64,000 bases of DNA, from positions 16,430,001 to 16,494,000 of the forward strand of contig OZ024747.1 of NCBI GenBank assembly GCA_964016885.1, given 5' to 3'. The stretch is from Eledone cirrhosa (taxonomy: Eukaryota). Of this stretch, positions 12,910-28,787 are shown one piece after another. Within the stretch, counting starts at the first letter, position 1; each line of letters opens with the position of its first letter. A model generated the notes under the pieces. It did not search any database, was not told where the DNA came from, and saw only the letters and a list, made by a program, of their open reading frames with translations. The position numbers were made by a program, and so were the translations under genes.

Positions 12910-15546
12910 GTAGGAGGTGAGTTTTATTGTAGTACAATAAAGCAATGCAGATATCGGATAAGAAGCACTCTACAGTTTGTAGGACTGGAGTATGCATAAT
13001 ATGAGATCAAAAGATGGTTAAAGGAGTTCCATGTATTTTATTATGCGCATTTCAAAAACAAACATCATCATGCAATAATATTTGTGTTTTCATCAGATAA
13101 AACAGGAGAACATGATATGAAGGCTAAAAAACACTTGTGGATAGTGCAGTTTTAAATCAACATATGAAAAGGGGTTTAGATTGATGTGTGATATTGGGAA
13201 AAATATTTTATTTAGAGAGGGGGGGGGGGGTGGAAAGGATGAAAAGGGAAGGAGATGAGAGGGAGAGATGGGTGATAGAGAGAAAGAGATAGTTTTTATA
13301 ACTGAGAGGAGATATATTGTTTTACATAGAGAGGTTGAAAACCGTTGGAAGATAATGTATAAATTAAAAATTTTGAAAATTAACGAAGGGAGGATATGTG
13401 CGAGGAAAAAATATTTTATTTAGGGAGGGGGGGTGGAAAGGATGAAAAAAAAGGGGGAGGAGATGAGAGTGAAGGTGGAGAGGGAGAGATGGGTGATAGA
13501 GAGAAAGAGATAGTTTTTATAACTGAGAAAAAGATATATTGTTTTAACATAGAGAGGTTGGGAACCGTTGGAAGATAATGTATAAATTAAAGGAATTTGA
13601 AAATTAACGAAGGGAATTTATGTATGAAGATAGAGAGAAAAAAATAATAATTGTGGATGAATATTCTAACGTCAAAAAAAGAAATGTATGTATTGTGGCA
13701 ATTTCCATATTAACGAAGAGAAAAATTATTAAGGTTTGTGTGTAGAAGGATTTGAGAAAAATAACGTGAAGTTAAAGTTTGTATATATATGCGAATAAAG
13801 AGTTAATATGTATTAATAATGAGTTCGTTGATGGGGAGAAAAAAATAATAAATTAAGGATGAAATTGAGATTAAAAAGATTTATGATAGAGAGAAAAAAT
13901 AATAATGATTGCGGATGAATATTCTAACGTCAAAACAACAAATGTATATGTTATGATTTTACAAGGTAAAGATAGAATGAGGGTAATGAGTAAACAAGTA
14001 TTATAGAGTGTATAATGCCCTTTAAAGTAAGGTAGATGGGTATATTTTAAAGAGGTGTGCCTTTGAGAAAAGATTCTAAATTGATAAAGAATTGAATATT
14101 AACTGTATACTTTGTGAAAAGTTCTATGGAATTTATGCAGGCAGATAGAAAACAAATCTGTGCGTCTATTTATTATAGAATCTAGGTTAGAGATAATGGT
14201 AAATTTTTCATTTAGGCAGAGATTACAGATTTTAGATAGAGAGCTGTTCAAGTATGAGGATGCAGAAGAAATCTTCTTCCAAAAGATGGTATATTTAATG
14301 TTTTTGTCTTTTAAGGACCATATGAGTTCTGAGAGAGCAGTGTTGGTTCTTTTAAGTTTTACAAACTTTTACAAACTTAAAAGAACCAACACTGCTCTCT
14401 CAGAACTCATATGGTCCTTAAAAGACAAAAACATTAAATATTCTTTATCAATTTAGAATCTTTTCTCAAAGGCACATATACATACACCTCTTTAAAATAT
14501 ACCCATCTACCTTACTTTAAAGGGCATTATACACTCTATAATACTTGTTTACTCATTACCCTCATTCTATCTTTACCTTGTAAAATCATAACATATACAT
14601 TTGTTGTTTTGACGTTAGAATATTCATCCGCAATCATTATTATTTTTTCTCTCTATCATAAATCTTTTTAATCTCAATTTCATCCTTAATTTATTATTTT
14701 TTTCTCCCCATCAACGAACTCATTATTAATACATATTAACTCTTTATTCGCATATATATACAAACTTTAACTTCACATTATTTTTCTCAAATCCTTCTAC
14801 ACACAAACCTTAATAATTTTTCTCTTCGTTAATTTTGAAATTGCCACAATACATACATTTCTTTTTTTAACGTTAGAATATTCATCTACAATTATTATTT
14901 TTTTCTCTCTATCTTCATACATAAATTCCCTTCGTTAATTTTCAAATTCCTTTAATTTATACATTATCTTCCAACGGTTCCCAACCTCTCTATGTTAAAA
15001 CAATATATCTTTTTCTCAGTTATAAAAACTATCTCTTTCTCTCTATCACCCATCTCTCCCTCTCCACCTTCACTCTCATCTCCTCCCCCTTTTTTTTTCA
15101 TCCTTTCCACCCCCCACCTCCCTAAATAAAATATTTTTTCCTCGCACATATCCTCCCTTCGTTAATTTTCAAAATTTTTAATTTATACATTATCTTCCAA
15201 CGGTTTTCAACCTCTCTATGTAAAACAATATATCTCCTCTCAGTTATAAAAACTATCTCTTTCTCTCTATCACCCATCTCTCCCTCTCACCTCCTTCCCT
15301 TTTCATCCTTTCCACCCCCCCCCTCTCTAAATAAAATATTTTTCCCAATATCACACATCAATCTAAAACCACTTTTCATATGTTGATTTAAAACTGCACT
15401 ATCCACAAGTGTTTTTTAGCCTTCATATCATGTTCTCCTGTTTTATCTGATGAAAACACAAATATTATTGCATGATGATGTTTATTTTTTAAATGCGCAT
15501 AATAAAATACATGGAACTCCTTTAACCATCTTTTGATCTTATATTA

Positions 15547-15547
<1 letters not shown>
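12910..15547 (-). mobile_element. Fold-back (palindromic) PLE: GIY-YIG C-terminus plus ~1.1-kb inverted arms
   Basis: Arms 12996-14092 and 14450-15547 are near-perfect reverse complements, with inner arms 14291-14359 / 14373-14451. Minus frame 14359-14099 reads KLKRTNTALSELIWSLKDKNIKYTIFWKKISSASSY...CNLCLNEKFTII...INRRTDLFSICLH. A ~200-bp tandem duplication is present in each arm. Confidence 0.92.
13035..13103 (-). ncRNA. Type I hammerhead ribozyme with intact core and long stem II
   Basis: GTTTTAT-CTGATGA-AAACACAAATATTATT-GCAT-GATGATGTTTGTTTTT-GAAA-TGCGCA-TA-ATAAAAT. The mirror copy at 15440-15508 (+) has GAAA changed to TAAA. Confidence 0.88.
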
Positions 15548-16680
<1,133 letters not shown>

Positions 16681-17035
16681 GACATACATTTGGACATGAT
16701 TAATCTGAATATAGTCGTACTAAGCTTATAGCCTAATGCTTGCGTGGTGCATGTTTAATTTGTTAATGTCACAGAATATATACGTAGACACTTTATTGCA
16801 GCTAGAGCAAATAATCGTCGATACTACATTATGTGTGAGATATTATTAGATTTAGAAAACCGAGATTATAACACAGTAATTATATTGTGATTTGCGTTAC
16901 GGGCTAGGTTGGTTAGTCACATTGTATTGATCCAATAAAACTAACTGCCTCTCACGGTGGTAGCAAATGGAGATTGATTCATATTTTGGAATCTTACCAT
17001 AAGCAAAGCATGATAACATAATATAAATATACATA

Positions 17036-17093
<58 letters not shown>

Positions 17094-17105
<12 letters not shown>

Positions 17106-17189
17106 AAGAATCAAAGAACTGTTCAAAACATTATTGTGCTATAGCACAATAATGTTTTGAACAGTTCTTTGACTCTTATATTTCATATA
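17094..17189. repeat. Spacer-less palindrome, 48-bp arms
   Basis: Centre GCTA|TAGC at 17141/17142; one mismatch; followed directly by a bulged hairpin at 17193-17229. Confidence 0.92.
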
Positions 17190-17450
17190 ACTGCTCCGTA
17201 AATCATCCGATGTTTTTACATTGAGCTACTTAACTTACTGGTAATAAGGTAGTAATACAATACTGCCTACCACTATTTAGGGTGTGTGTAAAATACTTAC
17301 AACTGCTTAAGGTCTTGTATTTACATAACCATAAATAGTATGACTATATATATATATATGTATGTAGAGGTTATATTCAATTTGTTGGGATACAACAAGC
17401 AACATATTTTTATAACTGATATAAAGCACTCAACAAATTATTGGAGTAAA

Positions 17451-17712
17451 TATACAATATATTAACAAATGGAAACTATATTTATAAAACCATATTTATT
17501 TCATTATACATATTCCAAGGGCCACCAAGGACAATCCAACCAGAATGGTTGTATTTTTTCAGGGTATGTCTATATTTATTTATAAAACTAACCTATATTA
17601 TATTTTATCTGATGAAACCGCACCATAGTTTGCCTTGGTGGCCCTTGAAATATCTATAATGAAATAAATATGGTTTTATAAATATAGTTTCCATGTGTTA
17701 ATATATTGTATA
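17451..17712 (+). mobile_element. PLE pLTR fragment with hammerhead (17602-17665) and ~80-bp inverted arms
   Basis: ATTTTAT-CTGATGA-..CACCA..TGGTG..-GAAA-TATCTA-TA-ATGAAAT; arms 17451-17530 / 17633-17712; homologous to 23265-23425. Confidence 0.82.
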
Positions 17713-17821
17713 TATATATTTATATATAAATATACATATTTATATATATTTACATATTCACACACACACACACATATATACACACATACACAGACACTGA
17801 CTTACAAACGCACACGCACAC

Positions 17822-18227
<406 letters not shown>

Positions 18228-18272
18228 GAATATATATATATATAAGTATATATATATATATATATATATAAG

Positions 18273-18308
<36 letters not shown>

Positions 18309-18353
18309 AGTATATATATATATATATATATAAGTATATATATATATATATAA

Positions 18354-18394
<41 letters not shown>

Positions 18395-18467
18395 TATATA
18401 TATATATATATATATATGAATATATATATGGGAATATATATATATATATATATGAATATATATATGG

Positions 18468-18516
<49 letters not shown>

Positions 18517-19069
18517 CACATATACGTATATAATACTATATATAGATATATATAATATTTACGCTATTCAATTATCGCCTCACCATAAACATCAAAGTCT
18601 CTACACTGCACTTAGATTCAATAGAAATTCATTTCGTGTTAAAATAATGTAAGGCGACCTGAGATGGTTGGCCGAAACATTATACGGTGAATGATTACTT
18701 CATGCATAATTTCGCTAATTGAAAGTTTTGAATTTTAAAGATATCAAGTTTATTATTTCCAAATTACGTTTGGTCTTATATGTTTCAATCTCAAATCGAA
18801 TTTCAGACTGATCTTTGCGCATGGCTGCATTATAGTTTATGTGTGTAATCAATGCAGGATTATGCATTTGATTAGCCCGAAAAAGTATTCTAGCTCACAG
18901 AAAATGCATGAAACTTTGAATCTTACACAAAGATTTGCCAAATTGAATTCAACATTCAGAGCACTACATTAATAAGGAACAATTTATTCATGTATGGAAA
19001 TAAGTATTTATGTGTATATGTATATGCAAGTATACATATGTATATATATGCGCGGGAACATAGAAATAA

Positions 19070-20045
19070 TCGAGCTGGATACCCGATCGTGCGGTTAAAC
19101 CACTGGGAGTGAAGGACATACTTCTAGGAGTAGGCAACTCAGGAAACTGGGATAATTCCGACATAAAATCGGCGGTTCAGTAGTTACCGAGGATGTTGAT
19201 CTTTTCTTCTTTTTGGGTTACAGCTACTGTCGCTCAGAGAGTGGGATTGGCTCAGTGCACAGCTTATCCTCACTTGAAAAGAAATCTTCTCGCACAGTCA
19301 TTGCAGGATAGCGTCAATTGATAATTATTAATAATGTTATATTTTGCAATGGCCATACTCGATAACGTGGAGGCAGCCATCATCATGTATGTATGTATGT
19401 ATGTATGTATGTATGTATGTATGTATGTATGTATGTATGTATGTATGTATGTATGTATGTTGGTACTGGTAACTTGTATCCCAGTACAACCTGTCCCATG
19501 GTCGTTGGCGACTAAACTGGCAACCCCACCAAGATTTCTTGGTGTGGAGGGTGACTTTGGACATCCTGCAGGACTAAAATCAAAACATGTCAAAGGGCAA
19601 AGGAACTCTTAAGAGTCAATGGCCATGCAAAATCACCGGGAGAGAGGACCCCTTAGCCTTTGTCAAGGCAAATTTCTAGGAGAAGGAAATCTCTGATATA
19701 ACACCTGCAACCCTGATGGTATCCGATGATGTTTACCTGTGCTTCTTTTTGGTAAATATCATATTGGTTAAGAGAGTGGGACTGGCTTTGTGCAGTGCCT
19801 TTGCTCACTATAAAAGCTTCACGGCACAGGCATTGCTTTATATCTGGATATCTCTCTGCACTTGTCGTCACATGGTACCATGCGCCCAGCACTATGTGTC
19901 AATAATTGTCACAAGTATAGTGTTTGTACCAGAGTTTTCAAGTCGCTGGCTGGACTAAAATGTCACACTCGTTCAGCGCATCGGTAGGGGATCTCCTACA
20001 TGGATATAAAGTAGTGACTGTACCCGAAAACGAGTTGGCAGCCAC
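19070..20045. mobile_element. Degenerate LINE-like relics, interrupted by (TATG)n at 19385-19460
   Basis: GC-richer block; CTAGGAGAAGGAAATCTCTGATATAA resembles RTE 5' regions from memory; no clean ORF. Confidence 0.35.
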
Positions 20046-20358
20046 CATGTATGTATGTATGTATGCATGTATTTGTCTGTGTACATACTTCTTCTTAATA
20101 GGCTTACTAAATGGATCTGCCTTTGATTGATTCCGGAGACACAATATGGATTTTGGTCTGGCAGTGGCACAACGCACATGAATGTTTCGGTCAGCAGCTG
20201 TGTTTGGTTGCTTACGGCGGGTAGCAACAAGCCTACCCACCGTAAGCAACCAATCACATTATTTCCAACTTGACCACGGCGATATTGTGATTCTAAGCCA
20301 TTTTCGAATCTAATTTTGGCGCGATCGCTTTGGAATACTAAGTGTCTATTTTTAAGTT

Positions 20359-20438
20359 TGTCTCCTGATGAATCCGAACTCTGTGGATTTCCTTTTAATT
20401 GGATATCTAAAAATACGAATGAAACCATGGTAGAGATA
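20359..20438 (+). ncRNA. Type I hammerhead ribozyme with intact core and extended (~49 nt) stem II
   Basis: TGTCTC-CTGATGA-ATCCG...TGGATTTCC-TTTTAATT-GGATATCTA...CGAAT-GAAA-CCATGG-TA-GAGATA. An upstream 20-bp hairpin lies at 20205-20253. Confidence 0.85.
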
Positions 20439-20721
20439 TAGTTACGGTATGTACACATTTCTTCTAAGTTTGAATTTACACCAAATTGTGTATGGTTGAT
20501 TGTATATTTGGTCAGTTTCTACATGCTGTCGAAATGTTGGGTAAATACTCTATTGAGGCCACCGCGAAGAGGCCACTTTCGTTTGTTTGTCTGAGATTTC
20601 TTCATAGGAGCCTTTATCCTTATAGCTTGGAGTAATTGATTTTTTATATGGTTAATTATGCTGATTGGCAGAGAAAATGGTATATATTGTATTTATCTAA
20701 TAATTCTATAGACATGATTTA

Positions 20722-20776
<55 letters not shown>

Positions 20777-20783
<7 letters not shown>

Positions 20784-21126
20784 GAAAACGAAAAATCAGT
20801 GATGCATCTGAACTCAATATATTGTGTGTTACAATTGTTTCGCCGGCGGACAGCTCTAGAGATGATCATTGTGTGGATTTGCCTGATTCCGGACCCGCAG
20901 GTTCGTCTGATGATTTCGGACCATATTCTCTCGGTCAGAATCAGACGGATCCACACACAGATCGCGTCTCTATCTGTTCGCCGGCGAAACAATTGTAACA
21001 CACACTAAATTCAGTTCAGATGCCTCACTGATTTTTCATTTTCTATTATATCATACTCTGCTCTGTAAGAGCATAGAGTGCTCAACCGACATACCGCCTA
21101 TGGAAGTACCTTAGCTACCATCAGAC
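20777..21126 (+). mobile_element. Fold-back PLE terminus: truncated hammerhead with a 144-nt stem II, inverted arm and 3' tail
   Basis: GCCGGC(20842)...GCCGGC-GAAA-CAATTG-TA-ACACACA. Arm 20777-20841 mirrors 20986-21050; the tail 21049-21126 is nearly identical to 43904-43980 (minus). Confidence 0.85.
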
Positions 21127-21321
21127 ACACACACAAACACACACACACACACACACACATACATATATGTGCGCAGTAAATGATATATATATATATAGAT
21201 ATATGTATATAGATATACATACATACATACATGTATATAGATATACATATATATATATATATACAAATAGATAGATAGTGAGAGAGAGAGGCAGATGGAG
21301 AGAGAGAGAGAAACAGAGAGA

Positions 21322-21399
<78 letters not shown>

Positions 21400-21639
21400 G
21401 GTAAGGGGTTGTATGATTTTAATATAAAGATTATTATTCATGATTATTAATTTATACATCAAAGACCGTCTTTGATAATGCTTTCCAATTGAAGAACAAT
21501 AAATAATTTAAATATTTGGTTTGATTGTATATTCGAAATTTGCCTTATAACAAATGTTATTATGGAAAATATTGAACTTGTAATATCCGTTCCTTGAGAT
21601 ATTCATGAGTAAATATGAGTATGATCATATGTCAGCTTC

Positions 21640-21750
<111 letters not shown>

Positions 21751-22510
21751 GTCTGTGTATGTACCTGTATAAATAGTTTTAGCTATATATGTGGGTGTCT
21801 GTACTTATGATGTTATGCATATAGATACACAGAAGTACGCATATACGGACTATTATATTCATACTTTTATACACATGAAGAAAAATTCAAGCATATGATT
21901 TGAAAAGGAATATAACGGTATATTATTCAGACAGTGTTAATTAGAACGCCCTGCCAGAGAACCACAAAACATGTTGTGTGTATGGCAATAAGAAATGTAT
22001 AGAAGGAAATAAGTAATTCATAAAATGATATATGACACGTGAAAGCTGCAACTTAGAGCGAAAGATATACAACCCATTATTAGATTAGTGATTTTTATTT
22101 AACTATTCACAAACATTGTTTGACTTACGAGAAAAAAATAACAAACTTATATTTCGTTGTTGAATAATGCATATGTTTTCTAATTCAGGCGTTTGTGTAT
22201 CGAGGGATATATATTTTGGAAAAGAAAATGTGAGAAAAGAGGTAATATGAAGAAGACAAATGTAGATGTGGAAATATGTAAGTTAGAACTATACAAAAGA
22301 TATTTTAGAAAGAAAGGTTAGAAAATACAGATTTGAAGTCAATATAACATATCAATAGGAAACTTAATTGACACATTGCTATGTGAATGGGTTCGTATCT
22401 ATATTTGTTTATATGTATGTGTGTGTGAGTATGCATGCACACACACACACATTGTATATATATATATATATAATATATATATATAATATATATATATATA
22501 TAATATATAT

Positions 22511-22645
<135 letters not shown>

Positions 22646-22652
22646 AAATAAG

Positions 22653-22703
<51 letters not shown>

Positions 22704-22705
22704 AG

Positions 22706-22743
<38 letters not shown>

Positions 22744-22750
22744 AAATAAG

Positions 22751-22825
<75 letters not shown>

Positions 22826-22827
22826 AG

Positions 22828-22880
<53 letters not shown>

Positions 22881-22905
22881 GTGTGGGGAGGGGGTCTGTA
22901 GGGAA

Positions 22906-22984
22906 AGTCCGACGAGATTGTAATTCCAGAGTTGGGCCAGACAGATCGAACCTTGAGCAGGCTAATTGTGAAGCGCGCGTCACT
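22906..22984 (+). ncRNA. Degenerate hammerhead-like motif
   Basis: AGT-CCGACGA-...-GAAG-CGCGCG-TC-ACT followed by AATAAA; two core substitutions and a weak stem II. Confidence 0.4.
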
Positions 22985-23020
22985 ACTCAATAAATGTAAT
23001 GAAAACATAACAAATCGCCC

Positions 23021-23155
<135 letters not shown>

Positions 23156-23184
23156 AATATATATAAATATATATATATATAAAT

Positions 23185-23215
<31 letters not shown>

Positions 23216-23323
23216 ACTGATTTAGAGCACTCAACATTTTACTGGAATTCACTATCCAGTGAATTTCCAACCGATAAGGTATGATTTTCATGGGTACGTG
23301 TCAATTTATACTACAAACTCTGT

Positions 23324-23387
23324 ATTTTATCTGATGAAAGCGTACCAATGTTGTCTTGGTACCCTTGAAATATATATATAATAAAAT
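23324..23387 (+). ncRNA. Type I hammerhead ribozyme with intact core
   Basis: ATTTTAT-CTGATGA-AAGCGTACCAA-TGTTGTC-TTGGTACCCTT-GAAA-TATATATA-TA-ATAAAAT. Confidence 0.88.
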
Positions 23388-24094
23388 TAATAAAATAAAT
23401 ATGGTTTATAAATATAGTTTCCATTTATTTAATATCATTGTATATCTCTCTCTCTCTATATATATACACGTGTGTGTGTGTGTGTGTGTGTCTGTGTATG
23501 TGTGTGTTTGTGATATACATACATGTTTGTTACAAACATTTCAGAATATAAGTATATTTAACAAGTATTATATGTAAGAAGCAACCAGATCAAGTATGTC
23601 ATTGCAACTTCCTATCATTCTCCCTTCAAGAAGAGCCTTTTTGGTATTACATTATAAACAATTCGGCTCTTAAAGATATTCTGAAAACAGGCAATGGAAT
23701 ATCTAAGAGTCGACAAAAACAGTTTTATTCGAAAATCAATTTGACTTCGTACAACTTCGTTTGTGCAACGTTGAGCTATTTTAATTATTTCTCTGTTTTT
23801 GACAGATTCATATCTTATTTGCCTAATTTTCTTGGTGATCATCATTTTGTTGAATTAATTTAACTAAACGACATGACAGAATATATCGAAACTGATTGGT
23901 ATCATTTGAAAGACAAACAAGTACGATTCCCTATTTCATATATTTGTATATATTTGTATACATAACGAAATCCTCCTCCCAAACACACACATACACACAC
24001 ACACGTACATACACATATACAGACACACATACATGTAAACATACACACGTACATACACACGTACACACGCGCATACCTACATACATACATATAT

Positions 24095-24450
24095 ACATGA
24101 TGGCTGCATTGCCATTGCCTGATAAAATGCTCAAAAATGTGAGGCATGAATGTGCCATCTTTAATCCAGCCGAAGACTTGCACCCGCTAGCACATACATG
24201 GCAACTGTAGGCCCCTCTGGGACTTTCCATTGCTTTGTTCTGGCTGTGTGTTCTCACGTGTCTTTTGAAACCTCCCATGCATACACATTCCTTGCCACAT
24301 TCCTTATATAGTTTTTTTCCGATCATAAGCTACATGAGGTCTGATCGTGACTCTGTTCGTGTCTAGTCAAACCAGCAGACTCATGCAGACTCAAACACAG
24401 TGCTGGCAAACCAGATGATGTTCAACAGTTTCAAAGTGTTCACTACCTGA
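24095..24450 (-). mobile_element. LINE 3'-end relic with C2H2-like knuckles
   Basis: Reads ECGKEC..MGGFKRHVRTH...YSCHVCASGCKSSAGLKMAH, ending in a (TATG)-type tail. Confidence 0.5.
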
Positions 24451-24957
24451 CTTGATCAAAATACATACATACATGCATACAAATGTATATATCAACACCG
24501 ACGTAAAACAACCAAGATGGTTGTGTATCTCTTTATGTGTGTGAGTGTGTGTCTGGGTAAGTCTGAATACCTGTGCCTGCTTTCATTGAAGGAAGTGTAT
24601 GCCTCTAACTAACTTAAGTATGACCACATCATAAATATGGCTTCATTAAATATGATAAAATCATGAAGATTATAATCAGTATCACGAGAAGGAGGCGAGG
24701 AAGAAGAAGATGATGACGATGAGGTGGATGTTAAGGATCGGGTGGTATGACAATGATAATTATGATGATGAGAACGATGATGGAGATAATTTGGATCATA
24801 ATGATTATGAAGATGATGTCTATCGCGTTGAAGTTGGATGCCATGATGATGACGATGGCAGTGGAAATCATAATTACTATGTTGATCATGCTAAGGATTC
24901 TGATTGTTTTTAGTGATGATGATGATGGTAATGATTAAACTTCCAAATGAAGCATTT

Positions 24958-25345
24958 AATAATTGTTTCTACTTTTGGCACAAGGCCAGCAATTACCCAG
25001 TGTATTCATGGTACCTTATTTTATCGACCCCGTAAGGATGAAAGGCAAAGTTAACCTCGGCGCGATTTGAACACAAACCATAAAGGGCCGTAACTCTATC
25101 CGTCAAAGCATGGCGTCCAACCCTCTACCGATACTGCAAATGAAGCATTTAATAATTGTTTCTACTTTAGGCACAAGGTCAGCAATTATCCAGTGCATTA
25201 CTGGTACTTTATGTTATCGAGCCCGTAAGGATGAAAGGCAAAGTCAACCTCGGCGGGCTTTGAACTCAGATCGTAAAGGGACGTAACTATACTGGAAAGC
25301 ATGGCGTCCAACCCTCTACCAATACTGCCAATCCACCTCCCTTAT
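24958..25345 (-). mobile_element. Two tandem tRNA-derived SINE copies
   Basis: Each has the reverse complement of A box TGGCAGTA.TGG, B box GTTCAAA.C, and the central GACTTTGCCTTTCATCCTTACGGGGTCGATAAAATAAAGTACCAG (Meta-domain-like from memory). Confidence 0.9.
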
Positions 25346-26339
25346 CAAGCATTTAATAATGAATGATAGAAGGGAATATTAAAACACTCAGTAATCAGTA
25401 GAATTTCCATCCACTGGCCCACGTAACTACACCCAAGCCTTAATATAATCGTAACTTTCTTTGCTACTACTGCTACCGCCACTAATATTACTACAGAGTG
25501 TATTTTAGTGGTTAGCAGATCTGCTTGAAATAGCGGCCAAACATAACTTAAATTATATTTCCGAATTCATGAAGAGGACGTTATATATAGCGATTGAAAT
25601 GTATTATGATTGGGCGTAAGGAGGGATTGTCATCGCTGGAATGTATTCGATCACGACTCTCTTCTTGATAATTTAGCCATATCGTAGACAATAAAAACAC
25701 CCATAACAATCGTATTAACAGTGGTGAGTACTATGCGCGTTTTTATTGCAAGTCACCGCATCTATAAGTATATGCACCACGGCCCCAAACATTGCTACTG
25801 TTGAACTTGATATACAACACCGAATGGTCCTGGGTGAAAGGTACTTTTTCATATGGCTGCTGAATCCTGGCATGTAATTCTAACACTAAACGTATCTCGA
25901 CCATCTGAAATACCAATAACAAAGCATCAACCATTAATACTATCCTTCACACACTATTGTTGATACTTTCACTAGCAATATGAACAATAACATATGAACA
26001 ATAACTGCAATTGACTGTCACGAGGAAATCCCTAAGTAATCCTCGAAACCAATGAAAGTATGCACCAAATATTCATAAATACACACCATCACCTCATAAA
26101 TAAGAAAGGCATATGTTACTAAAATGTCAGAAGCTAGTTTGACCTGGCACTAATATTATCATCACCAAGAGACAATGTCAAGAACAGTAGAAACAAAAAT
26201 AACAGCATTAAAAACCGTATGTTTACATTGATGACTACAAATATTATTAGCTCTCCGAAACTGTCCGTACAAAAACAAAAAGAAGCATTTCCATGCCTAC
26301 AACAAATTCGTCATCAACGTTGACGTCATCCGTATTATT

Positions 26340-26960
26340 TGCGTCATCACCTCTTCTCCTCGTCGGTAACGGTATCTTTCCTATATGATAATTGCTATCA
26401 CTATCAACATAACAACGACGATCATCGCCATAATTACCATGGCATTCGCAGTCCTCCCCTTCTCATTATTGTTTTATTCATCATCCAAATTTCATCATTG
26501 AGCATAACATTATCATCATTATTTACATTGTTTAGGCTTTCAACGTTGTATTGATGATGATGATGATGATGATGATGACGATGATGATGTTGATGATGGT
26601 GCTGGTGATGATGATGATGCTAATGTTGATGATGCTGATGATGATGATGATGATGATGAGGACGATGATGGTGAGGTGGGGGAGAATGAGAAGGAGGAGG
26701 AGAAGGCGGAAGAGAAGGATGAAGAGAAGGAGGGGGAGAAGGATGAGGAGGAGGCGGGTCATGAGGACAAGGATCATGATGTTGACGTTGATGATGAAAA
26801 CGATGATGATGTTGGACGTCGTTATCCCCATCGTGATTTTCATTATCACTGACATTATCATTGGAATATGTCAAGCCCTTGTTGTTTCCATCAATACAAC
26901 CGTCATTATCATTTCCATTATAAACATAATCAACAGCTTCATCACTTCTGCAGCTTCTTA
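26340..26960. repeat. Degenerate (ATG)n/(GAG)n trinucleotide block
   Basis: Direct inspection; source of the poly-M/R/H ORFs. Confidence 0.85.
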
Positions 26961-28787
26961 GTATTATTTATAATGATCTATCCTTCCAGTCATCGTTATT
27001 ATCACATACCACACTGCTGGTTCTAACTTCGTCTTAGAGGATTACGACAGCAACTGTACAGAAGCAATTCTATTTATCTGTCAATTGCACCCTACTTTCT
27101 TCGATTTGATTATCATGAGAATATAATAAGCTTAGAACCATTTAAATTCAATCACAAATTATCTGTTGCTGACAACTAGTTTACCATTCACGCTGTTAGA
27201 TATAATTCATTTTTAATATTAAAATATGTTAAATAATATTTCACAGGTATCAGAAAGAAATGCTTTTGTATTCGACAAATTCAGATAATATAATTTAACA
27301 AAAAAATATTTATGTCTTTCCCTGTTTTTTTTAAAGAAGATGTTAGCAATAGTCTACATATTAAAGTATGTACACAATTTTAAGTTTGTAACACGACATA
27401 GCTTTAAATTAACTAGCACATTGGGGATTCTTCATTGTTGATCAAGATTATAAATACCCAGGTGGGAGGACTTCAGTCACAGCCCGTCGAGCAGACAGCA
27501 ATATAACTGAAATATGTTTGCATGATCAGGGACGACACCAAGCTATACAACGAAAAAACAAATGTTAAAAGATGTGGCTGGAAAAGAAACCATAAACAGA
27601 ATCTAGCGAAAGAGTATAACGTTTGCTTGATAGCTTGGGAAATGTTATTTCCCACTTTGATTGAGATATTTCAAATAACTCCATTATGAAGATCAGCATT
27701 TAAGGCATGCAGAAATCATTAATTCAGAGTAATATGTAATAAATATGTTCATTTGATGAATCCTTTACTAGAAATGTCATCGGTCTCCACTGTGGGAAGA
27801 GAGGAAAACTCACAGCATCCTTGACAATAGTATACAGTTTTAATAAGGTAAGTGTTGATGCATAGCTACACAATAGATCATACATTTGAATATCTATGAT
27901 GATACGCATTACAATTATGATCGTTCCTTTTTTTTAGATTATATATTACCACATTACCGCATATGATTGCAAACCTTATTTGCCGTAATTTAGGAAAATA
28001 CATATGATATATCTACTAGGGAGTAACATATGGTAGTATTACGACAAATGGCCTATTTAATTAGGATATATGTATTATTTATATATGTATTAACCGATAC
28101 CTAACGATGATTTGAACAACCAAAACTGCTACCGTAGATAGATTTTGAATTGCTTAGCATCTGGTATAAATATTCTTCAATCATATATCTATTTAAATTG
28201 ATGTTCTTTCCCTTTGAAGATTTCAGACAAGTACACTAATTCAAGAGTTTGCATCTGAATATTGTAACGTCATGTAGTAAAACCTGACAAGAAATTCAAC
28301 ACAGAAATATAATAACAAATATAAAAGAAAGCCTCTTGTAGTCTACCCAAGTAAAGCTAATCAGGGAGAGAAAATAGAATAAGATATATTATAGATTTAT
28401 TTGCAGAAATCTAGCCTCAAGTAAATGCTTATCTAAAAACTGTAGATAAATTGTTTGAAACTTTACACTAATTAGACCAAATATTAAATATTTATCTTCC
28501 GTGTATTTCTTTTTATGGATATAGGTAGCTGAAAGCCATTGAGTGCCAACGTGAAACGAATAATACTACATTCAAATTAAATTTGCATAAAGAAAATTAA
28601 CTCTATTTCTGACTATATATATATATGTATGCCGATCTGTTTCCTACTATCTTTATCTCATATCTCTCTTTATTTCTCTCTCTTTCTCTTTATATATATA
28701 TATATATATACACAGATACAAACATTCACACATATACACACGCATATACACACACACACACAAACACACGCACATATATATATATAG

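Noticed and set aside
12964-12994. Bulged hairpin as a SECIS element
   Set aside because: It lacks the AUGA/GA quartet and apical AA, and the stem is too short.
14160-14456. Plus-strand 98-aa ORF ending TALSELIWSLKDK
   Set aside because: Chimera created by the fold-back; the true coding remnant is on the minus strand.
18655-18690. CCTGAGATGGTTGGCCGAAACATTATACGG hammerhead-like string
   Set aside because: Incomplete core and no convincing stems II or III.
26532-26961. Poly-Met/Arg/His ORFs, and poly-Glu at 56399-56653
   Set aside because: Trinucleotide microsatellites with no splice or domain support.
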